Shown here: piece after piece, positions 37,763 to 52,069 of the stretch
Layout: each line of letters begins with the position of its first letter
Numbering within the stretch: position 1 is the stretch's first letter
Source: Selaginella moellendorffii
Taxonomy: Eukaryota; Plantae; Lycopodiophyta
NCBI RefSeq assembly: GCF_000143415.4
Contig: NW_003314261.1
Coordinates: 2,181,266-2,245,265, forward strand
Length of the DNA: 64,000 nt
Reading direction: 5' to 3'
Notes under the pieces: model-generated
Databases searched by the model: none
The model's input: only the letters and a program-made list of their open reading frames with translations
What the model was told of the DNA's origin: nothing
Translations under genes and position numbers: made by a program

Positions 37763-39629
37763 ATGGGCGGGCCAGGGTGCGCTAGTAGCAGCAGCAGTAG
37801 CAACGCCATCAGCAGGGCGAATTTCTGGTCAGCTTTCCTGGGAGTTCTGGCCGCGCTGGTGTGCGTGATCCTCTTCGCCGTGGTCTACATGTCCGATGAT
37901 GGCAAGACGATGATGCTCCTCTCGCGCAAGACCCAGTCGTATCTCCTCTGGTATCAAGACGGCCAATCCTCCGCTCCGGTGCGCTCCTCTATCCTCTTTT
38001 TCCACTTTCCCAGGATGCTTGGCCTGCGATCGGGTGATATTTCGAGAGATTCCAGCTCCGCGGCTCCGATTTCGCTCGAAATCTTTCCTCGCTTTCTTTT
38101 CTTGGTCCCAAATTCTTCCAGGTTTCCCTCCCCCAGCTCCGAATCTCTCCTTCTTCGAGCAAATCCCCATCGATTCTTTCCTCGGCGCCTGGAAATCGAA
38201 ATCGAAATCGAAATCTGGTCGAAACTTCCTTGCTCGATCGATCAATGCCGTGGTTCTTTTAAACTTTTTTGTCTTTGTGTGATACATATCTATTGGCACT
38301 ATTGTGGCTTTGCGCTAACCGTGGAGATTTTTTTTCCTTCCTTTGGCGCAGGACGTGAGCACTCTAAAGGCGAGTCTCGCGGAGGTGGCCTTCCGTAACA
38401 AAACAGTAATACTCACAACTCTCAACAAATCGTGGGCTGACAACGATAGCATGGTCGACGCGTTCTTCCAAAGTTTCCGGCTGGGAGATGGCACCCGCGG
38501 GCTGCTCGACCATTTGCTCATCGTCAATCTCGACCAGGCCTCTCACACTCGGTGCTTGCAGCTTCACAGGCACTGCTTCAAGCTCGCCACCGATGGCGTC
38601 GACTTTACCGGCGAGAAGGTCTTCATGAGCTCCGACTATCTCAAGATGATGTGGAGGAGAGTTGAGTTTCTACACATCGTGCTCAAGCTCGGCTACAACT
38701 TCGTTTTCACGGTATGTGTTTTTCTTCTTCCTTTTTTTTTCAGCACAACTTCTCGTCGTTTGGAACTGCCTGTTTGGTTTTGACTCGGCTCTTGTTCCCT
38801 GTCACGTTCCAAAGGGTTTGCGTACTTTGGATGCCTTGATTGATTTGTGCCGGCTTCGTCTGTCCGTTCCACATGGTTCTTAGTTAAATTTGTTGTTTGC
38901 TTTATTGTTTCCGGAGATGACGAGAAAACTATTCTTGTTTGGTCAAGGAATCCGGAGAATTGTTTTCTATCTCTTCTCCTCAAGGATTTTGGCTGTTGCA
39001 TGATGGTTATACTATCCTTGTAGAATTTATGTTTTGCTTGAACTTGTATGAGAGTCGTTCTATATTTAAGTTCGTGCCACTGTCATAAGAGCTGGATCTT
39101 ATAAACTAAAGCTCTTTCGTGCTTGCAGGACGCGGATATAATGTGGTTTCGCGATCCCTTCCAGCACTTTTCTCCCGAGGCCGACTTCGAGATAGCTTGC
39201 GACCGTTTCAATGGAAACCCCGAGGACCTCAGGAACGATCCCAACGGTGGCTTCATCCACGCCATCTCGAGCCCCCGGACGATCGCCCTCTACAAGCTCT
39301 GGTACGAGTCGCGACTCAAGCACCCAAACCATCACGACCAGGACGTGTTTAACGACATCAAGCACAGCCCCCAGTTCAAGGCTCTCAAGCTCAAGGTTCG
39401 CTTCCTGGATACCAGATACTACGGCGGGTTTTGTCAGATCAGCAGGGACTTCGACGAGGTGTGCACGATTCACGCGAATTGCTGCACCAAGCTGGAGAGG
39501 AAGCTTGTGGATTTGAAGCTGGTGCTCGAGGATTGGAATCGGTACAGGCATCTATCGTCCCAGGAGAGCCGAGAAGTGAGGATGTTTTGGAGAGCTCCCA
39601 GGGAGTGCTTACATTCGTTTGGGCATTGA
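37763..39629 (+). CDS. Nucleotide-diphospho-sugar transferase (GT77-type), 3 exons
   Basis: N-terminal TM; KTVILTTLN..W; YLKMMWRR; GYNFVFT|DADIMWFRDPF; HDQDVFN; HANCC. Confidence 0.92.
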
Positions 39630-39769
39630 CAAGGATCGCCAAAAAGATAGGGAGGAGATTCTTTGTAATAGATTCGTTTTGTAAATGTGCCTAAGGGGAA
39701 AGGTAATAAATCATCACCCTTGTACATATGGGGAAGCTCTGTTTATCCTATTTTAGGGTTTAAGGGGTT

Positions 39770-42700
39770 ATGGGGAGGACGAAGGGCGATGGCGCTCGCG
39801 GCAAGGGGCGGCCGTCCAGCAGCAGGTAATGCGTCGCTCGATCGGCTGTGGATTTAATGGAATTCCTGTGCGCAGCTTGGCGGCGGCGCTGTCGCAGGGC
39901 AATGCGAGCGCTGGATTTGGAGGATATGTCGGCAGCGCGCGGATTGACGCTGGGCCGAGTGAGGAGACGTATGCGGTATGGAATGTGGTGTTATTTCGGT
40001 GTAATTGTGAGGGATTGTGTGGTGTGGTAGAGTATCGATGGAGAGACGGCTGCGAATTTGCGGAGATTGTCGAAGAAGGATCCAATAACAAAGGTACGTT
40101 GCATTTCTAGTCCTTTACGTAGTGTCTAGTTCTGATATTCCTCTTGCTTTTTTTTTCAAACAGATAAAAGCTCTCGCTGTTTTGACTGCATTTTTCCAGG
40201 AGCGTCCAGCCGCGGAAGTTTTACCCGTTCTACCATCGTGGGTATGCACACCATCCTTTCCTTTCTCTTTGGCAGTACAGCGATTTATCTTTTTGAGTTC
40301 AGGTTTTTGAATACAAGAAGCTAGTTTTCGATAACAGTCGTCAAACTCGAGAGGCCACACACAAGGCTATGACCAGTCTTGCAACTACGGTTGGGTATGT
40401 TAACTGTTCGTTCTTGGGTCTAGAAGTTACTTGAAGTGCTGTTTTCCCAGGCGGTCACTGGCTCCCCATTTGCGGTCCTTAATGGGAGCTTGGTGGATGT
40501 CACATTTCGATCCGTTCTTCGAGGTTTCTGACGCTGCTAAGCAAGCACTTCAGGTTGTGTATTTCATATGTTGTTGCTCCTCTCAAATCAACTGTCCAGG
40601 CTGCTTTTCCAGGTCAAAAGAAACGATTGGAAGCTCTGACGTTCTGTGCGACAGATATCCTTGTTTACATCGACGATAATCTAAAATTGACCCCGCAGAC
40701 GATTTCTGATAAATCAACTCCAGCAGAAGAGTCAGCTGAGAAGTATGAACGGGTAATCTTTTAGTGTTCGCCGTCACATTTTTCACTTTCTATTATTTCA
40801 GGTTATATCTTCCACCCTCCTTTCTTTATCGGCTCTTCTCACCATTCTCTTCACTTCGGTCGAATCGGAAACCGGGGAGGAAAGAGCAACCACAAATGAA
40901 ATGCTTGTGACGGCGTCAGCTAAGCTGTTTCGAGATCACAAAATGTTTCAAGGTTTGGCAAAATCTGGGAAATCTCGTACGCGTTCGGCCGTATATCAAG
41001 CTATACAGGTCTACATACAACACGTCCCCCACGTTCTCCCAAACGACAACATGGAAGTGGCTGCCAAATTTATTCTTGGGACATTTCAAGAGAAAGACCC
41101 TGGCTGCCATCAGGCTATGTGGGACTTGATACTAGTTTTCACACAACGGTTTCCTCAGACCTGGGAATCTAGTTCTATCAGGAAAATTGTGCAACAAAGG
41201 TTTTGGGCTTTTCTCCGTCATGGATGCTATGGTTCACAACAGGTTTCTTATCCATGTCTGCTGCCGCTTCTTTCACTTATTCCTCCTGCTGCACTATCTC
41301 CACCGAAAGGATATTTTGTCGACTTTTTCACTAATCTTTGGAAAGGATGTGAGGAGGCCTCTTGGACATTCGATCAGGGAATGCTTCTACTTAATTCGAC
41401 CAAGGAGTGTTTTATGTGGCTATTGTCGCACGAGAAAAGGTACAAACTTTTATTAATCTTGTAGTTTTTCACTTACCATTTTACAGGTTCCTGGGTGCAG
41501 AGGATTCATCGTTGCAACCTTTTTTCACTGAAAGCGTCTTATTTGGAATCTTGTGGAAGTCTTACGTTCGGACAGACGTCCAGAGGACATCCTCTTTGCT
41601 TTTATCCGATAAGTTTGTTGAAGAGATAGGGAAATGTATTGTCGACATTGTGGGTGCACTGGACAATAATTCGCTGTCTGCGTTCTGGGATTGTCTTCGG
41701 GAGGAGTGTTCGGCATTATTTCTTGCGAACAACAGCCAAGTCAATGACCGTGTGCTACGCTTTTTTCTTATTTTCAACTCGTTTTCGGACCTCGATAAGA
41801 GAAGCCAGATTTTCAACAAGGTTGTTAAGCCATTTGTTGCCGATGGCTTTGGTTTTATAAAAAACTCGGTAATACTTCTGTTTCGGTTTGAGAATTTCAC
41901 TGACTAGCCCTTACATTTTGTAGGAAAAGACCGAGGCTGTGAATTTGTTTACGGGTTTAGTAGGGACCTATGGGTTGCATGTATTTGATTTACTCGCTTC
42001 TCAGAACTGGAAAGGCAGAGACAACACAGAGTTGACGAGCTCGGCTGTAGAGGATGTTTTCTCTTCAAAACATCTACAATACCTTTTTCGAAATGAGCTG
42101 CTTCCTTGGTCTGTGAGTGGGGAGTTCAACAAACTCAAGGTTTATGTTCTTCTGACGTTTCTTGAAGATGAGATGTTCTTCAGGGAATGGGATTACGTGC
42201 TTACGTACTTTTCAGACGTACAGGACACTTCTCGGATCAGTATCTTGGCTAGCCTTATTAAGACGCTGCAATCAAGGTGCGGCTTACAGAATGAGGCTTA
42301 CAAGTTGGAGAGATGGAAGTCGCCGAAGATTGACGAAGCCGTCTTAGGCGCTATGTCCAATTTCCAGGCATCGGCATTCGAACTGATAAGGTTTTCCGTT
42401 TGTATTTCTTTTGGCGCTTTCTGAGGCTACCTACTAAGTGCAGGACAACTCTCGAGGGAGTTCTTTGCGAAGGATGCTATTTTACGATCTTGTCAAAGGG
42501 AACTGTCGTAAGAGTTATGGAAGAATTTCTAAGGAGTATGGTTCTGGCGGTTTATAAGTCTAAGAACGAAGCGGCAATTTTATTGGCTGTTTCTGTTTCC
42601 CCTTCGTCTATTGAAGAAGCGGACGCTTCTGCGGAGACGCTACAAAGAGCCAAGGCTTCTATCGATACGTTACTTGCGTGCTGGCCTTCTCTAAGATATG

Positions 42701-45700
42701 TGGACGGAATAAATGAGCTGGTTATCGGAGCTCTTGGGATTATTTTCTGCCTATACTGGACATACGTGCAACCGGTATTGAAGGCAGATGATGAAGATGA
42801 CGACAATGAAGAAAGTCTTACGACGACTACGTCTTATACCGATGATGCGCCCGAACAACACAATCTTACGCAGTCTTTGCTTCAAGCTCGGAAGGACATA
42901 CTCTCATCATGCGCTGAATTCTCGGGGAGGCGGAGCCTGTATGAGAAGCTGATGTCAGGCGTAAGAAAGACGCTTTTGGAAGACCAACCAGAGGAATTTT
43001 ACAACACTGCGGCATATTGGGTGCTGGACACGCTACATTTGACATGTCGCAACTCCGAGGATAGGCAAGGAGCCTTGGATTGTTTACTAGCTTCTGCTGA
43101 TTATTGGCCCTTTTGGAGTACTGGAGCTCGCAACCATCTCTTAGAGGTAAAAGTAAGGCTGCTTTTGTTTCGTTTAACTTGTGAAACTCTCTATTGTAGG
43201 CGAAGAAACATCACAGCATTTCAGCAACAGTTCTCGAGGTTACACGCAGTTTGGGTCCAGAAACAGTTTTCTTAGGCGAGGATATCAGTTTTAGGCCATG
43301 GCTTATTGTGGAGCTCCTCTGCACATCGGATTTGCATGGCCAACCTTTTGTTTTTAATTTCTTGCATGCTTGTGCAAGAAGTGAGGGTGGAAGTCGACAC
43401 AGGCTTTTACTGGACAACGTTCTGGATACACTGTTCGCCGGCGCTGCTGAGGGAGATCCTTACTTACGTGCTCTTCTCGGTGTTTTGAGAGCACTGATTG
43501 GCCATCACGGGCCTTTCGGAAGACAAGAAAGCGAGATGCTGTTTGCAAAGTACTTATCCGGATCCTCTTCAAGTTTTCTGCCACATGTTCTGGAAGCGAT
43601 GATGCCATCCTTGATCAAACGGAAGTCCGACGGTACTCTCTTTCCTAGCGAAATGGAATCGAAAATCTGCGACTGGCTGAAATTCGCCTTGGAAGTTCCA
43701 AATTTTACAGGTTCGCTCATCACTTCAATCGTTTCATTTAACTCAACATACTTTCATGTCTTAGATAACATGCAATGGATGCAAGTGGCCGTGGCTTGTT
43801 TTCCTCTAGATTCAACAGGTGGTGTGACTGCATTACTCTCGGCCGGGAAAGCAGATATATCCGAGCAGCAAAGGAACTTGCTGTTGTCTTTATTCCGCAA
43901 GCAGTCCGGTATTATTGTGGACTTGTCGGCAGAGGAGGCCTCGAATCTGTCGGTTCAAGTTATGCTGGCAAGGCTAATTGCTCCGGCAGTGGCGTACTGC
44001 TGGCAGAACTTCGGCCTAGAGGATTGGACCTTCGTACTCGGACAGTTACGGAAGTGGATCGAGGATGCAGTCGTTCACAGTGAAGAGTATACGGAAGCGG
44101 TTGCAGCGATGATGTCCGATGATGGAGAATGTAAAGTCGTGAAGGAGGACAACGATATGCCGGAGAAGCTTCTAGGCACGGCAGTAACTATTCTGTCACT
44201 CACTCAATCCTTGAAGAGTTTCGAGAAGGCAGCTGGATCGAGATCCTTAGAAAGCTTGGAGGAAGCACAGTGGTCCAAGTTTGAGACAAGAGCAGTAGAC
44301 AACGTTTTCAGAGTTTTTCTCGCGACGGGACTTGCCGAGGCACTGGCTAGTGCTAATGACGGTTTAAGACCGGTTATATCTTTGCAAAGGTCGCGCTGCT
44401 CGTACCTCTGGGACCGGGTTGCCGAGTTACTACTCACTGCTCCAGTGAGAGTTCGTGAAACGGCCGTTCGTGCTGCGGACTTGTGGGGACTAGGAACAGG
44501 TGGCATCAGTGCTCTCTACGCGCTCCTATTTTCTCCGCATCCTCTTCCCTCGTTACAGTGGGTTGCCTACAAGTTTCTGTCAACCGAGCCTCTTCAGCAC
44601 CAAGCGGTTACGTGGAAGCCCGTGGTTTCATCTTCGACGTCGGCTGAAGATGACCCGAGCGATTCGGATTTGCAAGTCGATACATCTTTTGATTTCATAC
44701 GGCCAGAGCTCCTGACGATACTTGATACTCCTGCGAGCAAGCTATGCGGGGGTGATACTTCTTCCCTGGTATGACTTATCTGACGTTCCAGATTTCTATG
44801 TCTTTAACCTCGCGTTTGCAGGGTCACTACTTCCTTGCCTGGTCACTCTTTCTCACGCATCTCCAAGTTCTGGGAACTTCATCGCAGGCAAGAGACCGCT
44901 TGCTTCAATATGTCAAGGATTCCGACACGCCGAGCTCAGTACTCGACTGTCTCTTTCGACATATCCCTACGAAGCGCAACGTTAAAAAGGAAGATTTGCA
45001 GCTGTCACCGGTGGTTGAAGCAGTCAAGCGATCAGCAGGCACAGCGTCTGTTTCATTTGCAGTGGAGGGCCTCTTATGGGGTGGTGGCAACACGAACGAC
45101 TTCGCAGTTATTGCCGGGGCGATCTATGGATTGATCCTGAGGGTGTTACCGGCGTGCGTCCAGACATGGTTCGCGGGGCTGCGGGAGAAAGGAGCGGTTG
45201 CGGCGATCGAAGCCTTCACGGCTGACTACTGCAGTCCTCGACTTTTAGCGGAGGAATTCAATCAGGTAAAGAATGCGCTGTGTTATTTTTTAGAGCTTCT
45301 CGAGCTGGCTTTCTTTTTTCTTTAGGTGCAAGCTGCTGCCATTGCCGAAGAGAACTTTATCTTCAAGGCAAACAGGTCGCTGCGAGAGGTTACTGTGATT
45401 TACAAGAAAGAGGAGGCTGCGATGGACATGACCATCAAGTTGCCGTCTTGCTATCCGCTCAAAGCCGTGGAAGTCGATTGCGGCAAGCGCTTGGGTATAA
45501 GCGAGACACGCATGCGCAAGTGGATTCTCTCCATGGCTTCTTTCCTGAGAAACCAGGTAAGCTTGGTTTCCTTTCTTTCTTTCTTGGCTTTGTATCTTGT
45601 TACTTACTGCTTTGCGAATCATAAACAGAATGGATCTCTCTCGGAGGCTGTGTTGATATGGAAGAAGAATGTGGATCGCGAGTTTGATGGCGTGGAGGAG

Positions 45701-45856
45701 TGTCCGATTTGCTACAGCATCATCCACACCTCCAACCATAGCCTTCCTCGGCTCGCTTGCAAGACGTGCCGCCACAAGTTCCATGGAGCTTGTCTTTACA
45801 AGTGGTTCTCATCCTCTCACAAGTCCACTTGTCCTCTATGCCAGACTCCCTTCTAA
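39770..45856 (+). CDS. LTN1: E3 ubiquitin ligase listerin, multi-exon
   Basis: [18 protein letters not shown] start; [13 protein letters not shown]; C-terminal [15 protein letters not shown]...[20 protein letters not shown]. Confidence 0.95.
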
Positions 45857-46090
45857 ACTTCTCTTTTCTATAAAATCTTGGTAGCCAACTTAGCTTGTTA
45901 GACAATATTGAAGATCCAAAAAATTCTAAAACACAGTATAACTTAAGGGTAAATCACAAAAAAGGAGAAATAAGTTACTTAAGCCCACTAATTATAGACT
46001 TACTTATGATAACCCTCTAATTTCTTTGGTCCTCAAGCCTCCTTTTCTCCAGGTTCTTTTGGCCAGAGAAAAAAGTGTATTTGGGCGAAA

Positions 46091-47369
46091 ATGTGGGAAG
46101 CTCTGAGCTGCTGCCCCGAGGAGCTGCTCGAGTCGTCCGCAAGCAATGTAGCTCCCACAACCAGTGAAATTAGAGGAGGAGGAGGAGGAGGGGGATCTCT
46201 TGTAGAAGAGAGCAGCGATGGTCATGAGCAGGAGATCTTTGATTTTAGCGGTGAGAATATAAAGGATCAGACTAGCTTGTCACACTATCTCCATATTCTT
46301 GTCAAGGATGATGATAATACATCGCAATCTCCCCCAATCCAACCAGATTTAGCACTTGAGGGATCTAGCTTCCAAACCGCCACTACCACCATCACCACCA
46401 CCAATGCCACGGATAATCTTGATTGCATTAGCACTAGCATCCAGGAATTCAAAGATCATGGCAGCAGTTCTTCTTCATCTGGGCTTCTGGAAGATCTCGC
46501 TGGTGTCACTACAATATCAATCCCATCAGCACCACTACCACCTCCTCCATCTCATGATGCACCATCTTGTGATCACGATCATGATCAAATAGTAATCATG
46601 CCCTCTAGCTATGAACCAGGAGGCGAACCAGGAGGTGAAGAGAACGATCCGATCACAGAATTCATGAGGGAATTTCCTCCGATTATGATGGAACACTCCT
46701 CAGTAATTCACCATAATTTTCCATCTCCATTAAGCTTTCATCACAATGCTCTTCCTCCTCCTCATCCCGCTATACCATTCTTGCACCGCCACCCTCATCC
46801 CTGGAATCATCAACTCTACAGGAGCTTGAGCACTGGGAATTTGCCCGCGTCACCACATTTCCCACTGGGATTTCTCTCGTCGCCTATCTCCAGAACAGTG
46901 AGTTCCATTCCAGCCGCAACCTCGGCCACTGCAGCCACCGCTGCGGCTGCTGCTTCCAGTCCTGGAACTCCGGACGATCCAGCAATGAAAGTTGGCCGCT
47001 ACAGCCCCGAGGAGCGAAAGGTGAGGATTGATAGGTACCGGCAGAAGCGATCGGAGAGGAACTACATCAAGAAGATCAAGGTTTGGAACTTGAACTGAAG
47101 CTAGAGTTTGTGGGTTTGCACTTATATGTTGATGGTTTGTGTCTTTGTTTACATATAGTATGCATGTCGGAAGACTCTAGCAGACAGTCGCCCAAGGATT
47201 CGTGGGAGATTCGCAAAGAACCAGGACGCTGGGCTTCCGCAGATGAAGAGGAAGCTCGACGACGATGACGACGACGAAGTATTAATCGAAAAATTAATCT
47301 CTCTTGGTTTCGTCTGAAGTTTCTTTCGTTTGGTTGTTTTGCAGTGTGATATACTAATGGGAGATGAGG
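46091..47369 (+). CDS. CCT-motif family protein (3' end uncertain)
   Basis: KVGRYSPEERKVRIDRYRQKRSERNYIKKIK spliced to YACRKTLADSRPRIRGRFAKN. Confidence 0.85.
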
Positions 47370-47778
47370 AGGATTACTTTCTGGAGAAAGATGTTGGCTC
47401 AAGTAAGATTTGTGTTCTTCTTAAACTTATAGCAGCTCAGTTTTGGCAGATAAATTTTCTGTAGAGGAGCTTGAGGCATAAAAACTGAAAACCGGGGTGG
47501 AGGGGAATAATATAAGATAGGATTCATTCTTTTGTATAAAAAATCTGAAATAATTGTTTTATAGTGAACAGAGCTTGTAGTAAAAAGTTGATAATGGAAC
47601 TCAAATCACAATAAAATTCAGAGTATAAATATGCAATATAATGTAGCCCTAAGATTGGGACGCAATCGCGGCCGTCCATCTTAAAACCCTAAACTGAAGG
47701 AGACTTTAGGGTTCTAGAGCCGCCTCGCTCTTCTTCACTTCACCGCCGCGCCGCCAGGTACGCTCGCCTCCCTCCGCC

Positions 47779-48811
47779 ATGACGGACTCTCTCGTCTCCA
47801 AGGGCCGCATGGAAGGCCACACGGACTGGGTGACCGCCATCGCCACGCCCGTGGACAACAGCGACATCATCCTCTCGGCGTCGCGCGACAAGTCGGTCCT
47901 TCTGTGGAACACGCAGCACAAGGATCTCACTGAGCAGGACTTCGGCTTGCCGCAGCGCCGCCTCACGGGCCACGCCCACTTCGTCCAGGACGTGGTCATC
48001 TCCTCGGACAGCCAGTTCGCTCTCTCGGGCTCCTGGGACGGCACCCTCCGCCTCTGGGACCTGGCCAACGGCAACACCACCCGGCGCTTCGTCGGCCACA
48101 CCAAGGACGTCCTCTCGGTGGCTTTCTCCGCGGATAACCGCCAGATCGTCTCGGGCTCGCGCGACAAGTCGATCAAGCTCTGGAACACGCTCGGTGAGTG
48201 CAAGTATACGATCCAGGACCAGGACTCTCATACCGGATGGGTGAGCTGCGTCCGCTTCTCGCCGGTGACTACGAATCCCATCATCGTCTCCGGCGGCTGG
48301 GACAAGATGGTGAAGGTGTGGAACCTGACGAACTGCAAGCTCCGGACCAACTTAGCCGGCCACTCCGGCTACGTGAACTCGGTCACGGTCTCGCCGGATG
48401 GGTCTCTCTGCGCTAGCGGTGGCAAGGACGGTGTTGCCATGCTGTGGGACTTGGCGGAGGGGAAGCGGCTCTACTCGCTGGACGCTGGGGATATCATCCA
48501 TAGCCTGTGCTTCAGCCCCAACAGGTACTGGCTCTGCGCTGCGACCCAGCAGTGCGTGAAGATCTGGGATCTGGAGAGCAAGAACATTGTCGAGGAGATC
48601 AAGCCCGAGCAGGTGTCCAAGAAAGAGGTACGTACCAGTCATCAAAATTGGATTTTTGGTTCTTTTTCGTATGTGTTCTAAGCGATTGTCGTGTTTGTGG
48701 TCTCTGCTGCAGCCGACTTACTGCACCACTCTGAACTGGAGTATGGATGGATCCAAGTTATTTGCTGGTTACACGGACGGTGTCATTCGCGTGCACAGCG
48801 TCGGGCACTAG
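47779..48811 (+). CDS. RACK1: Receptor for activated C kinase 1 (WD40), 2 exons
   Basis: [11 protein letters not shown]; [13 protein letters not shown]; [13 protein letters not shown]; YCTTLNWS; telo-boxes upstream. Confidence 0.97.
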
Positions 48812-48942
48812 AAGCAAAACGTCGCCGCCAACTGCTGATGTAGGCTACGTAATTTTCTTGGAGTACCTATAACGGAGAGGCTTTGTACTCGTTCGTCTTT
48901 TGAATCAAAAAGCTTTTTTTTCCAAATAAAATGCCACTTACT

Positions 48943-51862
48943 TTAGCTTTGAAAGAGCTGAGATTTTCGAGCCTTCCCTTCGAAGAACTCTGCCAGCAAT
49001 TTCTCCAAGTCTTCGGGTGTGTACTTGATGTACTTGTGAGGGTTTTTTCCTCCTTCCAGCGCAGGGCTGTTTGAAAATTGTTCGTTTGAAGCTAGCAGTT
49101 TTTAAAACAGCACTTGCTCACCCATAGCGCTTCAAGAAGTTGCGATAGGCTGGGAGTAAAACCTCTGCCACGGCAAGTCGAACAGCTTCACGGAGCTCAG
49201 CGTCTGGGATGCTCCATTGTGATTGTTTCTGATGCATATCTTCAAAGAGTTGATTGAAAGTTTTAAACCTGGGAAAAAAGAAAAACAAAAACATAAGTTT
49301 TGTGAAAACGTTGCCTTACCTTTCTTTCAAGATTGATCGAGAAACTCCACTGCCAGCTTCCGCACTAGAGGCTGGAGCTCCCAGAGACGATGAAGAGAGT
49401 CCCTGGGCAGTGAGGCATTGAAGGGCCTGTAGATGTTGCTTGCTTAGGGAGTTATAGAGCATGTTTTATAAATTGATACAGACCTTCACCCAAGAGGTAC
49501 GCTGATATGCCGACGCATGTTGCTGGACAATTCTGCGATGAATTTGAATCCACTCATCTCCCAGCAAATCTTTTGCTTCTGACCTGTGGAAATATCTTAC
49601 TCTATTGTCAATTTTAAAACTGGCTGCTTACTTCTTAACCGAGCGAACAATGTAGTGGATGTTGTTCATAAGGAAAATGGACAAGAGCGCGGGGTCCTTG
49701 TAATGTTTCGCTTTCACATCGAGATTAGTTTGCAAGGCCGCCATGATCTTAAGTGTGTTCTGTCCAATGTGAGACTCTTTCTTGTCCAAATCATTGCTTT
49801 CCTTGTAGAGCTGCCTGATAGTCTTCTGGTAACTAGGAACCATCCAAACTATTAAAAAAGGATTGAAAATACTTGAACTTACTCAAAGAGGAACTTCACG
49901 TAGTTGATAACATAGCTAGTAAGAGGATGCACTGTGCCATCTTGTACTGGTGTCTTCGTCGCATCCTTCTCCACAGCTTCGAGGAATTCATCGAACGTTT
50001 CTTGAGCAGCCAGAGATAGCTTGCTCGTCAACAGAGCTGCAGACTCTCGTAATGGGGCCGTTGCCTCTCCAGAAAAGATAATGTCGATCTGCAAAACGTA
50101 GAGTTCTGATCCCAATGCACGCAAAAATGAGATCAAGTTACCTCGGGTAAAAGGTCTCGCATTGCCTCATACATGTCAAGCAGAACAAAAAGCTTTTCGG
50201 GGGACCTCTTACTTTTGGCCACAGCCTCGCCGAAACTCGCAAGCAGGTTAAAGTTGGGTTCCAGAAGCGCAACTATGCACTCTTCTCGGTGCGGTTCAAG
50301 ACGATAGAAAACCTGGTCACAAGTTTTACGTTCTGCAGCAAATAGGAGTTTCACCTGACACCAAGTTGAGCCATAAGATCGAATCCATAGCAAAGAACGA
50401 ACTCACCGAGACTTTCATAGACTGAATCCAGCTTCCAATTTTTGACTCTAAAACTTCCCACTGCATTTTCTGCACGTCCTCCTTGGTCATGTTCTCCACT
50501 CCAAGCTTCCTTAGGCTGTCCTCCAAGAAAGAAGATCTAACTTCCCTGCAATAATATAGAAACAGTAAGTCCAAGCTTTCTATGCATGGTAGCGATATGA
50601 ACCTGTAAACTTCAATGCACTGCTCGTGATGGCTCGCATTGATCATTCTTTGGGCCATATCCGCCAGCTGAGGAACGGCCTTTGGAGCAATAACGACTGG
50701 CAAAGTTAATGGAAGAGTCTCCTCCACTTTCGCTCTATCGGCACCGGAGCCTGCATGCACAACCTTCTCAATCATCAAAGTCTCACCAGACGCTCCAAAC
50801 GCATTTTGCAGCCGCATGGAACTTGGAAGACTTCTGAGCAACTCTGCTGGATCAACCGGCTTACTGCACTGCCTACTCGTCAGCTTACAAAGAATACCTG
50901 TGTACCTACCTATGTTGTGTTAGATGCTCTCTAAATTTGTCTTCCAGTTTCGTCATGGCTTTCAGAAGGAGATTCCTTGCATGCTTGAAAGCCGCGTCGC
51001 TTGTCTGGAAACTCCGATGGAAATTGAAGAAATCAACGTTGGTCTTGAGCTGGTCAACAGCACCCAGGTATGTGGATATGTCATCTAGTGGACCCTCGAC
51101 GATTTTCGGCTCAACCTGCATGGAGAAAGACGTAAGTATAATACCTCCGACCTCGACGTGAATTCATACCTGACGAGAAACATCGAATTGAGTGAGTATT
51201 GTTTCTGCTGCATTGATGGTTTGATCGATGTTGTCGTGAACGTTCCTGATAGCATGCGTTCGAACCTGTAAAAATGGACAGTTTACTAAAGAAGCACACA
51301 AGGAAAACTAAACAGGCAGAAGAACTCCAAGAAGAAGTACCAAGAAATTCTCAGCACTCAGATCTTCCTCTTCCTCACCATCCTCGAGCTCATCATCCGT
51401 AAAAAGGCCAAGACTACTCTTCCGTCTTGCCTGCTTGATCAGTCAAGTTTTGAAAAATGGCTTCCCGTGACCAAAGATACCGGTTTTGTATCTTCGTCAA
51501 GGTCATCCAAATCATCGTCGGACAGAAAATCTATAGTGTCCCGACGCTTTCTACGGCTTGCTTGGAGACGCTCCTGTTGTAAAGAAAAAAAAAAAGATCT
51601 ACCTTAAGATTTTCTCTTCCCCAATCTAGAATGCAAGAAGTGCATCATCCAGCAACACAATCGACCGATCCGTGCAGCAAAATCTTCACACCACAATCCA
51701 AACCTGAGTGGGGCGCATCGTCGTTTGTAGCGCCGAGAGCCGCTGATCGAACGATCCCAGGATGCGCAGCATTTGATCGGTGATACTCTGGCTCTTGATC
51801 AAGCTCTCGCGCACCAGCTGCGCCCTCGCAACGACCTGATTGAGATCGCCGCCGCCGCTCAT
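48943..51862 (-). CDS. EXO70A1: Exocyst subunit EXO70A, multi-exon
   Basis: ILGSFDQRLSALQTTMRPTQ; SKRSPEKLFVLLDMYE; DGTVHPLTSYVINYVKFL; IFLMNNIHYIVRSV; KNPHKYIKY. Confidence 0.93.
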
Positions 51863-52069
51863 GGCAAGAAATCACGCCCAAACCCTAGCGAAGAACACTG
51901 GAAAAATACCGCCCTTTTACCGTTCGTAATGGCAGGTATATTCTTGTCCTGCTCGAGGTATATGCTTTCAACGACACATGCTCGTCTCGCAACCGTGACA
52001 CATGTCACTCTACGCTATGAGATCCAGAGGAGAGACGCTGGAGGTGGAAATTTTAGGGTTCTTCGAGCG

